Positions 39,296-52,949 of a stretch of DNA of 64,000 nucleotides are shown here, in pieces; the first letter of the stretch is position 1, and every line of letters begins with the position of its first letter. The notes under the pieces were generated by a model. The model had not been told where the DNA came from and made no database searches. It saw only the letters and a list, made by a program, of their open reading frames with translations. The position numbers and the translations under genes are program-made. The DNA comes from Octopus sinensis. Taxonomy: Eukaryota. The stretch is from NCBI RefSeq assembly GCF_006345805.1, contig NC_042997.1, forward strand, positions 29,574,001-29,638,000, given 5' to 3'.

Positions 39296-40342
39296 CTTTC
39301 CTCGGTCGGTGATGTTTAAACCATTAAGCTTTAGAACCAAAAACGTCCTCTGAGCATATAAACACTAATTTTTCAGATCTGGTGCTAAATACCGAGCATT
39401 CACAAAGGAAAAAAGAGAGATAGAGAAGGAGACAGGAAAAAGGAAAATGTCCTACCTATTTGAAGACTATGGAAATATTTACAAAACATTTCATTTAATG
39501 TTTCCTTCAATTTAATTGTTTTCTCCTTAATTAACATACGCCTCTGTTTTACACTTAGTTGAAAAATCGAAAAGACTAAAACCAGTACTGACCATTGCAA
39601 AATGTATTTCATGACAAAATTATTTTAGCATTTTCTATCTTGTCCTAGTTTCCTTATATAATGTCAAATATTTATATCGAGAGTGTACATGAAATTACTT
39701 GTGTTTACAGCATTTCGTTCTATTGTCATAATATTCTATCAATCTATACGACGATTGTAAACAATTTGTCTGTACAAATTGTGTGCGGACATACAAAGCG
39801 AGAAATGCTGTATTTATTATTAGAGTCATCACCTTCAGCCCTGCTTGACACATTTAATCATCTAGAAGCCCAAAGCATTAGAGGCAAATTAAAATGGTAA
39901 TTCAGTTTCCATAGTTTTCAATTTCCTGGTTGCATGATGGAAGATGAACCCTGTATTGATGCTTCCAAAATTTTACATCGATACGGCCATCGTTAAAATC
40001 AAGTGAATACAGTACTTTTTCTTGAGATTATAGATTTTATTGTGCGAGAGACTAACGGTTATTACAGTTTTTGTAATTACTTACAGTATGAAAATAAGTA
40101 TATAATTACTTAAAGTGAAAATAAGTACAAAAAGAAAGGTTTTTGTTTTGTACCCGTTTGGCATACACATGCTTAAATTATTGGTTTGTTAACCGTATTT
40201 CGTTCCGTTACTATAAATTATTATAGAGCATACCAATAGATAACAAACAGTTCTTCCGAAAAAGTTTTAAATATACAAATTCGTCTAACCAGCTTAATGT
40301 AAGTCCTAATAAAAAAGGTTTAATACGCAATGTAATGTAGTG

Positions 40343-40640
40343 AAGGCTCATTACTCAGTGGTCAGGATGTCGGGCTTACGATTGTCCGGGTGGGAGTTCG
40401 ATTCTTGGACCAGGCTGTGTGTTGAGCAAGACATTCAATGTCGCATAGCTCCAGCCAGTTCAGTCAGCTGTGGAAATAATTTACGACCTCGGTGATGCGC
40501 TTGAATAACATCGTATGGAGAGCGGAGGCTGGTATATATGGGTGACTGTTGGTTACCCATAAACAACTTTCTGCCTTGGAGGGAAACTTTCTAGGTGCAA
40601 TCCTGTATCATTCATGACCGAAGAGGGTTTTTAACCTCTA
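40343..40640 (+). mobile_element. SINE family C (tRNA-derived)
   Basis: A box (ctcagtggtcagg), B box (gagttcgattc), gtgttgagcaagac core, and 3' end ctttctaggtgcaatcc...tcatgaccgaag. Confidence 0.7.
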
Positions 40641-41323
40641 CCCAATTGTCATTGAAATGACAACTTGCCTTGTCATTATTCTTTTGTAAATTTTATATAA
40701 AAATGTCGGTGGGTGTTGGGGGGGTGCGTGCGTATGTGTGTGTGTGTGTGTGTGCAGGTGTGTGTTATCTGCTGTACATATCGTTCCCTCTGATTACGCG
40801 TATGGATCTATTGGTGACATTCCGTAATGTTTCATTGCTTCATGAAGAGATCCTGTATAGCAACAATATTTCAATATATTTCTTTTCACTACGAAAAAGG
40901 CATTATGGAATGAATCTAAGAGCATATTCATCACATTATACGTTGTGAATGACATCTATGATTACTATTTCTATGGCTGATAGCAGTGATCTTTTTGCGG
41001 AACTAGGTGACCTAGATCATTCTTATCGAATGATAAACTCACATAATCTTCTAGCATTACGTGCGTTTTACCGCTGTTCATTGTTTGATTGATACCCGCA
41101 TACAAAACCATATATTGTAAATAATACTAACTAAAGTTATTGATTGTGTTAATTTTTGCCATTAAATATTAACCCGCGCTTCAGGCTTGCCTGACTTCGG
41201 TAAGCGAGGTAAAAACATCCGGCCTCTATATGTTTTGATCTTAGATGTGCAAAAAGTCAGCTATTACACTCTAGGTGAGGAGCCTGCACATCTCCTACAC
41301 ACACACACACACACACACACACC

Positions 41324-41360
<37 letters not shown>

Positions 41361-41368
<8 letters not shown>

Positions 41369-42372
41369 GAATGGAGGTAATACGAACGGAAAACCAGAGG
41401 AATATGACCTATTATCCAAATAGAATATTCAGTATATAGGTGAACTTTATTCGACATTAATAAATCAATGGAACGTTCGAAATAATATTAGTATTAAAAA
41501 CATGCAAGCATATACACATATAACTATTTAATATTTAAAAATACGCAAATATTTAAAAATACGTAGGCATTTAAAAATATATAAACACATAAACAGATAC
41601 ATAAACAGATATAAAAAAAAGTCGATATGATATAAGATATGGTGAATTATACATTCATACGATATGATATATGATAATAATAATTTACAAGTTACAACAC
41701 AAGCATATAAGATGTTTAAAAACTCGTAGATATCTAAAAATATTTTAAGATATTTATAAATATAAATAAATACGCAGGCAAAATAGAAAACATCAATATG
41801 GTATAAGACATAGCGAATTATTAATTCACACATTAAGATATAAAGGAATAATAATTTACAAGTTACAACACGGTGTGCAGTGGAAAGTTTGAAATTATAA
41901 AACATTAAAAGGACATACTAATATAAGAAGATAATGTTCAATGGATCCAAAAGTTTCCTCGACGGGCAGTTTCGGAGACGTGTCAGATAATATGACATAA
42001 AATTTCATATTTAAGGTAACAGACACTATCCTCATTAGGATGCTCCACAACACGAAAGCCACAATGAAAACAACACCGAAGAGGACAACTTACATTATCG
42101 CATTCGAGCCAACTCGAAAAAAAAAACTCGTCTCCCAAATGGCCCGTCGAGGAAACTTTTTAAATATTTGAGTATTTTTAAACATTTGTGTATTTTCAAA
42201 TATTAAGTATTTATATGTGTATATGCTTGTATGTTATTAATACTAATATTATTTCGAACTTTATATTGATTTATTAATGTCGAAGAAAGTACACCTCTAT
42301 ACTGAATATTCTATTAGATAATAGGTCATGTTCCTCTAGTTTTCCATTCGTATTGCCTCCATTCAAATTATA
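41361..42372. mobile_element. Non-autonomous fold-back DNA element with ~240-bp TIRs; left arm interrupted
   Basis: 41361-41575 is an inverted repeat of about 42160-42372. The inner TIR segment 41949-41967 is the exact reverse complement of 42142-42160. TA at both ends. Confidence 0.8.
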
Positions 42373-42999
42373 AATTGGAACTTAGCTCAATTTGAGCACT
42401 TCGATTCTAGCCTGTTTCTGAGTATCGTTAATGTTAAAAAAACCTATATAAGATAGTATAATATATGTATATATATATATATGTGTGTGTGTGCGTGTGT
42501 GTGTGTTGTGTGTGTGTGCGTGTGTGAGTGTGGTGTGTGTGTAATATGTTTACATATCATATACATAAGAATATGCATACGCATGCACATATATATTTAC
42601 GAGCACATATACATGCGTGTGCGTCTGTATGAATACATATAGTTTGTATCTTTTATATAAGATAATTTCTAAGTGGTTATTCGTATTTTCATACACGTCT
42701 TTTATACTTGATCTGGAAAAATGTAGTTGCAAAGTTTATCAAATGTTCTATACATAATCGTATTTGTATGAAATAGTATTTCGATGTTTTTTCGACAATT
42801 AGTGAGACACTTAGGTGAAAGATTATTGCTAATTTCATTCAATTTATTTAGAAACATATTATCCAATATGGCCACTAAAGTGTAAGATGATTTGAAGTGA
42901 TTTGACAGAAAAACGTGCAGCTAGTTTTAGCTTAGAGTCTCCGAGCTCACAAATCAATCGTATTTGTGAAATTCTCTAAAGCATTTCATAGTTTAAATT

Positions 43000-43700
43000 G
43001 AAGGACAGTGTTACATAGTCCGCTTAGACAATGCATCGAGAAAGCCATCAACGTCATGTACAGAGTTTGGAACAACAGCATGGCAATCTAGTGGCTCGGT
43101 TACTATAGTGAACAACATGCTTGGGTTCTAACTTCCATTCCGTTCAAGAAAAAGACCCACCAAGAAACAGACGGGGTCGAGAGCTCAACAAATCCTATAC
43201 TTCTGATTTTGGCTGTCCAAAATCATGCACAACGTTGTGAACAAAAAATTTAACCACTCGTTCAGAATACTTCAGTCAAAGTTGGTCTACTTCCCAATGC
43301 AAAGTAAAAGACTCAGTATTTCCAGAAAATGACGCTGAAATACTTATGCCATTATATTCCAAAGATGTCAAACAAGTAAACAGGTGATATGTTGCTAACA
43401 GGGAGAATTAATTCATGACGCGTAAAGATTAGTATGGAGTGTCTGTAACAACAACAACTCATTTTGAGACAACCCGGCTGTCTCTGCTCTGGTCAAACAC
43501 AAATGGAATTCTTCTCTATGGAGCAGAAAACTGGAATATGACGAAGATTTATTTTCAAAATTATTACACGCGCATAAAAGTTTTAAAGAAGGACTGAAAC
43601 AAATCATGAATTGAGCATAAGAAGCAAGAGCGAATATATAAGCGTATTCTATCCATAAGAACAATTACTGTGGAAACTGGTGGACATTTCTGAACACTAA
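43000..43700 (+). mobile_element. Decayed RTE-like LINE 3' remnant
   Basis: ILLYGAENWNMTK (~43510) resembles the RTE motif LLYGSETWTL. Confidence 0.4.
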
Positions 43701-43991
43701 TATCATGCTGCACAACAGAACATATGATATGCTATATTTTATAAAATTTTAAACCATATTAGAAGATAAGTACAGGCACACGCCAGTCGTAATGATGCTA
43801 GAGACACAGTATGAAATTGAAAATATTCGTAAGCTCCTAGTGTAGCCCAGGTGAAAAGCATTTCATTTGCAACATGTAGACGTCATATATGTGTTTATGT
43901 GTGCATGTGAGTGTGTTGATGTGTGTATGTGAGCGTGGGCGTATATGTATGTATATAGTTATGTATCTACCGGTTTATGTGTCAAGGCAAA

Positions 43992-44067
<76 letters not shown>

Positions 44068-44077
<10 letters not shown>

Positions 44078-44245
44078 TATTAGAGACAAACCACTATTTT
44101 GCAAAACAAACAAGGAAAGACTTAATCAATACATAAAATTTTAATAAATAGTCAAATAGACTATTTATTAAAATTTTATGTATTGATTAAGTCTTTCCTT
44201 GTTTGTTTTGCAAAATAGTGGTTTTGTCTCTAATAATATTTTATA
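44068..44245. repeat. Near-perfect palindrome (86/87-bp arms, 5-nt loop)
   Basis: 44068-44153 pairs with 44159-44245, with one extra T in the right arm. Confidence 0.95.
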
Positions 44246-44323
44246 ATATTTTACTATAAATTGGATTTAATCCTAAATCTGATTTTTTTCCCTGTAAATT
44301 TGGATTTATTCCCTAATATTTAT

Positions 44324-44365
<42 letters not shown>

Positions 44366-45431
44366 TGTTAACAAATAACGGGCAACCTATATTCAGTTAC
44401 TCAATAAATGAAAAATGCATTAAAAAAACAACGATACTATTAAAAAGCGTATACTTAGGACAGACACGTAGATGGCCCTAATTCTTGATCAGTAATCAAC
44501 CGAAAGTTAATACTCAATTTTATACATTTAATGATAATACTGAGAGCTTCGCATATCGGCGGTACCCGTAAAATTTGCGAAGAATTGGGGCTTCAAGGAA
44601 CACACCGATACAGAGTGAACGTAGAAAAGTAAACAAATGTAATTTAAAACGATTGACAAACAATAAATAGGTGGACGAGAAAAATACGGTCTTTCGGCCA
44701 TAAAAGCGGAGGTGATGGATAACACCTGGAAGAAATCCTGAATGGATATAGAAAGACGAACAGCAAGAGGAGTGGTAGTTATCGATATGCTAGCTGAGCG
44801 TCCGGTGCAAAAAAAAGGCAAAGAAATGGGAAAACTGATTACGAGTGACGTGTGAACCGTAGATATGTATGCATGTGTGTGAGTGAGTGTGTGTGTGTGC
44901 GTGTGTGTGTGTTTGTATGTGTGTGTGTGTATACACTTTGATTAAAATAATTTAGATAATTTTAGGTGCCATATTTCGAATTGCCATTACCACCGCAGAT
45001 AGAGAAAACCCTGCGGTATTTATCCCAACTTTCTGCACATAGACCGACGTTGCTTTTCATACAATGAGAGCCGTTAAAAGAGAATTATCCAAGTTTATGG
45101 GTTTGTAAGAAATTAATGCATCTAACAGAGATATCGTGTTGCATTTATTTCGATTCTGTGTATTATGAATCAAATGTCCCCTAATTTTAAACGAAAATAT
45201 GAGGGGACCCAGAAATCTAATACTTCAGCTAGATCATTACTAATAAGAACAAATATTAAATTCCAAATGAACAAATCTAATGAAAGAGTATTAGGGTCTT
45301 AACAATTGAAAAACATATTTTTATTTCCCCAAAACGATCTGTAGGAAAAAGCTTTTGTACAAAGCGCATTTTCTAGGTTATAATTCTTACTTTAGAAACG
45401 CAACAATATATATATATATATATATATATAC

Positions 45432-45766
<335 letters not shown>

Positions 45767-46249
45767 TTTTCTTGGTGTATTTTTTTTTATTTGCCAAATG
45801 CTAGGTTGTTTACGCTGAATAGAAAACATTCCTAAGGATGAAGTATTATTTTATCGCAGAGGAAATATAGTGTATATTCTTGTTTCAACTTTCAAGGAAA
45901 TCTAACAAACAGTGTCTTACAACATTTGCCGATGAACCAGAAAGATATATTGCATAGCTTAATGACAGTTCTTGAGATTAATATATCGTTTAACTCTGGG
46001 CATTAGATGTTTAAGCAGCAATCTGTTTGTACACCCAAACACGCATACGCATACGTACACAAACGCACAGACACATACATACACACACATATTTGTACAC
46101 ACACATGCACATATATAGAAACACACACACACACACGGTAAGTTAAGTTCAAATTAAATCTGACACTTTGTTTGCATAAAAGGAAAGAACACAATATGCC
46201 AGTCTAAAATTAAGTATTTTAAGAAATCCAAAATTATCACGTGGATTGT

Positions 46250-46900
46250 TGCTGAAAAATAATTGTTTATTCTAAGAGTTTGCCATCAGCTTCTACCACA
46301 GCCTCAAGATGCATTCGTTGCACACTCTTTGCCCCTGAAGATCTACATAAACCTCCTTGGTCTTGGTCATCAGTTCGGTCTTATTGTCGCAGGCAGAGCG
46401 GATGGCAACCTTCTCAACTGCACCTCACAAATAATAGTCTATGGGACTGTAATCAGTGAAATGAGGAGGCCAAGAATTGTACTGCTGACGGCTGATGTTT
46501 TTAAAATCTCCGACAACCACTTCTGACTCTTTCCAGAGCTATGGCGAACAGCCGATTCCTGCTGCCACACATATGATCTTCCAGCAACAACCAAATCCAG
46601 CCAGTGGTTAACCACGATCTCAAACAGCTTCACATAGACGTCTAAATTGAACCCAACACCCTGTCTGTTTAAAGACGTGGTGCAGTATGACGTCACCCAC
46701 ACTGGAGATCCAGATACCGCCACACTCTGGGCGGACTTTGTTTTCATGATGTCCATGTTACGTCTTACAGCTTTTACAGTTCACAGAGCAATGATCATCA
46801 GTCATGATGTCGGTACCAAAAATTCGGGATTTATGGAAATTATCTCTGCTCACAGAGATGGTAGATTAGTGACTTAACAACAAATCGTGCCAACACCAAA
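46250..46900 (-). mobile_element. maT/DD37D-like Tc1/mariner remnant (related to 5190-6052)
   Basis: FNLDVYVKLFEIVVNHWLDLVVAGRSYVWQQESAVRHSSGKSQKWLSE. Confidence 0.8.
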
Positions 46901-47127
46901 TGATCTCAAGGATCAAGAATTCTGCATATTTGGTATAACAGCAAGTAAATCATTCTAAACTTTACACGAATTTGTGCTTATTGTCCGTGATACGTACATT
47001 ATCTTGTCTACCTTATATTCTGTAGACTAGAAGATAAACATAAAGTCTGAATCAGGAATTAAAGACGTGGGAAATCTGCATAAAAGAAGCGAATAAAAGC
47101 TATATATTAACATATATTACCTATGGA

Positions 47128-47340
47128 TTTCGAATTTAGGTACAAAGCCAGCAAACTCGAGGGAGAAGACTAGTCGATTACATCCACCCTACTACTCAAC
47201 TTGTACTTATTTTAACAGCCCCGAAAGTATCGAAGGCAACATCGACCTCGGTGCAATTTGAACACAGAACGTAAAGATGAAGGAAGTGCAGATAAACATA
47301 TTTCCCGCGGTGTTACGATTCTGCCAGCTCACAGCCTTGT
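47128..47340 (-). mobile_element. SINE family B, diverged copy
   Basis: aggtacaaagccagc...gtcgattacat...catcgacctcggtgcaatttgaacacagaacgtaaag...ctgccagctc. Confidence 0.7.
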
Positions 47341-47436
47341 TCATATATTACGTATTAGATAGGCATTAAACAAATTACCAATTGTGATCTCCTTTATTTT
47401 AATTACACCGGTCAACTCAAACAAAGAATACTGATA

Positions 47437-47845
47437 TACGAGAGATGTTCATTAAAGATTTCCCCTGACCGACTTCCCAAGTACTAAGAGATGAACGAGC
47501 CTTGGAATAATTGCTATACTTTCTCTACATAGCCATCATAAATGGTGACATACCTCTTCCATTGCTTTATGCTGCTGTGAAGATCTCGTCTGTAGAAATT
47601 GGTAGGTTGTATCTGGACCCAAGACTTATCACGGAAATAAGTCCATCTTCATCCGAAAAGTGCTTTACCTTAAAAAATCCCTGTTTGGAAAGATGTGGTA
47701 GTAAGATGGGGCGAGGTCAGGAGAGTAAGGAGGATGAGTATTTCATAGTTGCAGGAGTCTGCTTCATCTGGTCAACATGTGCATTGGGAAATGGGGTGTT
47801 GTGTTAGAGGAAGCGAAATTCTTTGGTCAACTCTCCTCGTTTATT
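47437..47845 (-). mobile_element. Mariner transposase C-terminal remnant with 3' TIR
   Basis: The minus strand reads HPPYSPDLAPSYYH...KHFSDEDGLIS. The end is TACGAGAGATGTTCATTAAAG. Confidence 0.75.
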
Positions 47846-48931
47846 TATCACTCTCCCATGTATTGATGTTTTTCAATATTTTTACCCATAAATACATTTA
47901 TATGCTATGAAAACTAAAATGATGAATCTTTTGCCACCATACTCTCTGCTCCCGATTGTTTCTGTTTAGAAATTAAAAGATTGGAGAGCCTGAGAAGGAC
48001 ATTGCTTGCATTTATCCAGATCTGCTTCCATAGAAAGTGACATGATCTGAGATCATGTGCTGAAACAAAAGCAATTGCAGCGCGGAAGGTGTTTGTAACC
48101 CATCCAAGAACACAAATGCCATTAGCTTCACTTAACATTGAAACTTCATTGTCAAATGAAGTGTCGAAATATTTTCGTCGCTTTGAAACCGCAACCTGTT
48201 CACTGAAAAAACTTCACAAAAGAGATGCAGCACGACACACACACACACACACATACGCAGACGCTCACACAGTTCCATTGCCTTTCATTTGTGTGTAAGT
48301 ATATCTATGTGTGTGTGCATGTGTGCGTGTGTGTATGTGTGTGTGTATGTGTGTCACTGTTGAAGTTGTTTGGAAGCTGTGAATAAGGTGCAAGTTTTGG
48401 GGACTTGTTGGCAACCTTTTGCATTTCTTTTACTCGTCTTCTAATAGTAATTACCCAACTTTTCTTTTAGTACTTTTAGTAAGTGTTACATGCCTAATAG
48501 ATAAGCAACTTTCTCCATTATTGTATAGATTACAAAAACCAGGCTTTCTGAACTGTGTCCGAAAATACTTCCACTCTGATATGCTTCGGAACCTCCAAAA
48601 CTATCAACAGTGGATTAAAGATTCTATCGTTTCCTTTTGTAATATAACACTTGTGACATAGTCAAAGTTTAAAATATTTACAAAATCTTGGATACAGTCG
48701 CCAGTACCCTACATACTGTGCATGCTCTTTCTGCATCTTCTATTTCGATGTGTGATTAATCTTTTCTGTAATCGCAATCGACATACCTTCGCAACCCAAG
48801 CGCATTTTATATTATTGAATCTCATGTTTCCCTTTAAAATTATGTGAATTACTTTCTAAAACACAGAGTAGGTACTTTGCTTAACCATATATCCGCGGAC
48901 ATTCAGCTTTCTATAATTAAATATATATACA

Positions 48932-49004
<73 letters not shown>

Positions 49005-49666
49005 TAATTATATAATTATATATTTTCATACTTTACTTTACAGATATACATATTTAACATCAACTCCTTTAATCTCACATTCAGTTAAGATCTTTAATTC
49101 ACAATGTCACACACATCCTGTGACAATTTAAGGATAATATTTCTCATGTATCATATTTACTGAGATTAATTGTAATGTATTACAAAGCTTACAGGGAATT
49201 TTAAACAAAGGAAGTATTTGATGTGTATAAGAAACATTTAGAGCAGAGAAAACAACGTTCAATGTATTTGTAATAGCTTAACATGGAACACATACCCTCC
49301 TCTAGATATGAAGTATGAGGAACACAATTCTGTTTGAAAGTAATCCATCAAAGTAGTGCGTATGAAAATGGTTTTTGTTTCGAAGCTATTTTACGTTTAT
49401 AACAGAATAGATCTACACTCCAATATATATTATCACTATCGAATAGAATCAACGAATTTTCAGTTTCAGGCACTTTAAAGCATAACTATATGGAAGACGA
49501 ATGCCTCCGTACAAATAACAGTTTAACAAAACTACTGCTTGCAGCATGGACACAATTAAATGGCATATATAATTTTATTGCTAATTCTAATAATTTGGAT
49601 ACTAATTTTTTAATTCGGCTGCATATGAGATAAAATTCTTTCACCAGAATCATCCCTAGTATGACT

Positions 49667-49704
<38 letters not shown>

Positions 49705-50774
49705 TATCATCATCATCATGAGGTTGGAGTTCCATTACTGGTCTTAGAAAACCCGAAGGCCCGCTGCAATAATGTGTTTGAATCTGAGAGGTGAATATAT
49801 TAAATTAAATCATAATTAACTGATCTACCTCTATTTTCTTTTACCCAAAGCCAGAAACTATTCACCAACTTCTCGTACTAGTAACACAAAGGATCACATT
49901 TCATAACAAGTCTTAAAACGAGTCAACTACAAACCTGCTAGGGGCTACCTATTAAAACCACGCCCTATCATCTAAAAATTAACTAAGAAACACTATTTGT
50001 ACATTGCAAAAAGGCCAGACACATTTCTTGTGAATAAGTCAGTGGAAATAATGTATGCGATGGCTTTGATTACAATATGTTTAACAATAGATGAAAATGG
50101 GCTGTACAATGAACTTTGAGTAACTTCTAAAATGGTACCCATTGGAAATTTTTATGATTTCAAGTTCTTTGTTATTCGAGAGAGATTTTCAATGCAAATC
50201 TCAGCAAATACCACATATATTTTCTTACATCTTTTCCTTTGCTTTATTTCAAAGAAAAGTAAGCATCTTTTGTGAACTTTTAATGATAATATAGTGATAA
50301 ATATTTATTAAATGATTTCTGAAATAGTATTCAGTAGCGATATTGTAGTATGATTGGTTATAATAGCAGAGAGAGGGAGAGAGAGAGAGAGAGTGAGAGA
50401 CGGATAGATAGATATATACAAAAATAAGCGGAACACAACAACAAAAATATATATTGTTTATTTTAGACATATAGCTTAAAATTAGAAAATACATTTTGTC
50501 ATGTTTTCATTTTACACGGAAAATCAGATCAACAAATAAAAAAGACGTAAAATTTTGTATTGTTCTCTAAGTCTATACTTCATAAGTTGTTGCTTTTGGT
50601 CCTATCATGATTCAATTATATTTTACCTGACTTCTTATTACTCTCAGTACGTAGATTCCTAGATCATGTGTATTCATGTGTGTGTGCGTGAGTGTGTACG
50701 TGTGTGTTTATGCCCACGCATGTATATGTGTGTATACATACATGTATATATATACATGCATATATGTATATATA

Positions 50775-50797
50775 TATATATATAGATAGATAGATAA

Positions 50798-50853
<56 letters not shown>

Positions 50854-50858
50854 GTAGC

Positions 50859-50932
<74 letters not shown>

Positions 50933-50935
50933 TAC
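50775..50935. repeat. (GATA)n microsatellite
   Basis: Seen directly in the sequence. Confidence 0.95.
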
Positions 50936-52009
50936 AAACATGCTGAAGATAAAATATGTGGTAGTGTACTAACTGATTTAAAATACCATTTGTTACCATT
51001 TCCGAACATAGCACTTACGAAATCACGAACAGAAACATTCTATTGTACATGTTTGATATCTAGCGGTCATCGAATTTTCAAATGCTTACCTAAGAAACAA
51101 CAGAAGTATAAAAATAAAACTTCCACTGAAACATTAAGAAAAATCATTAGAGACATACCTGTGGTAAGATCAATTTCTATTATGTCATATTGTAGTCGAC
51201 TAGCCTTTTAGAGGCTCCACACGTTAATCGTTAATGACCTATCATGTGAGTATTGTGCGGGATATGGAGCTGGGATCCACTCACACACTGTGCAATACAT
51301 TCAAAAGTAACTAACACGAATCATCACTGGAGCCCATGCCTGTTTATATAATGGGTTGATAAGTCTTCTATAGACAGAGAGGTGAGAAGATTCCAGGAGG
51401 ACGTGTTATATTTTCCTGATCTTATAACAAAGCACTAGTAACAAACGACGTTCAGAGCTGAATTATCCAAAGGATGGATGACCTATACAACCACCAAAAT
51501 CCGTGATGTGTTTATTTGGTCCAATGTATAATTTAGCGGAGGAATAAAGTCATGTTGTTATTTTTAAGTTTGTTTCTTGTATTTCCACGAGTTAACACGC
51601 AACACATATTAGATAATGGTATGCAAGATTCCGTAGTTAACAAAGAGATACTTTATAACCACACAGCTAAACTCCAAACGAAGATACCGAATCAGATAAA
51701 CACTTAGGGAAAACCAGCTGCTACAAACGCATCATGCATGGACTTACTGTCTTAAAATAAGAAAAGAAAATGATAGAAAAGAAGTTCAGGCGGTGCTCCA
51801 GCATGGCCACAGTCCTACGTTTGAAAGCTTTAAAAGAATAAAAAAAAGAAGCGTTTGAACAAAATATTGGAAACACCTTCTTAAGTAGATTTTCTGCACT
51901 CATTTGTAAGGAGACACATTGGGAAGAGGAAATGTATTAAATAAGGGAATTAGCAAAGAAAGCGATTACGAAAAAGAAAAATAGAAGCGAAACGATACGG
52001 AAGTAGTAA

Positions 52010-52050
<41 letters not shown>

Positions 52051-52949
52051 AATGAGCTGCGACGGAAATGGGGGATCTCAGATCTTGAAAAATGGTAGGG
52101 AAGTGAGGATAAGGTTTTATAATCAGTTCATAGAATTGTAGGCCAAATTGCAACGTATCTTCTTCTGGTCTTCACTGCTGCTGCTGCTAATATTGTGGAT
52201 GTTGATGCGGCTGTTATTTGTGCCGTTGTGGTTGCTGCCGTTGTCGTTATTGTTAAAGAAGTATTAGTTGTTTTTACTGTAATTGGTTGGTAGAAAAATA
52301 TGAAATAAAAAATATATCTTTCCTAGACCTATTCTTTCATTTTTTTTTTTTTATCTTGTTACAGATGCAATGGTTCGAACGCCGATGTTGTTGCTGCCAT
52401 GATTAAAAAAAAATCACATTTGTTTTTTCTGTTCATGCCGACATTTTTATTCTTGTTATCGTTAATGTTGATGCCCAACTACTTTTCCTTACAGATATTG
52501 TTGTTTTTTGAGGGAAAAGAAATATAAAAATACGCAATAGTATATTTATTTGTAGTTTATGTATCTTTTCCACGTAGTTTGGTGTCGTTATTCATTAAAT
52601 GTCAGAGATGTTTTCGTGATCATATATTTTTGTGGTGAGGAGGGGACTCGGCAGTAATACGTTTCTTTGTTGTGTCAAATGGAGAAGTACAGAGTTCGTG
52701 TCATAATAACAACTTTAAAATACTTATAACGACTTCAAAATATTTATGACATTCCGAAATCAGAATGTAAATCTTTCCACGGAAAAGCTTTCGCCACTGA
52801 GATTTGCAGATACGACATTGTAGATAGACGCCTCGAAGTGGAAGCATAAGTGAGTCGTATGTATGCATGTATGCATGCATACAGACATACAAACTTGCAT
52901 GCATACATACAGACTGGTAGACAGACAAACAGATAGACATAGAATACAG

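Noticed and set aside
44475-44510. ttgat-cagta-atcaa-cc-GAAA stem resembling a hammerhead stem II
   Set aside because: The CUGANGA core is unrecognisable (ccctaattc), so it is too decayed to call.
47555-47700. Apparent minus-strand exon ending in GAG|GTATG
   Set aside because: All frames stop, and the sequence is a mariner C-terminus (HPPYSPDLAP just upstream).
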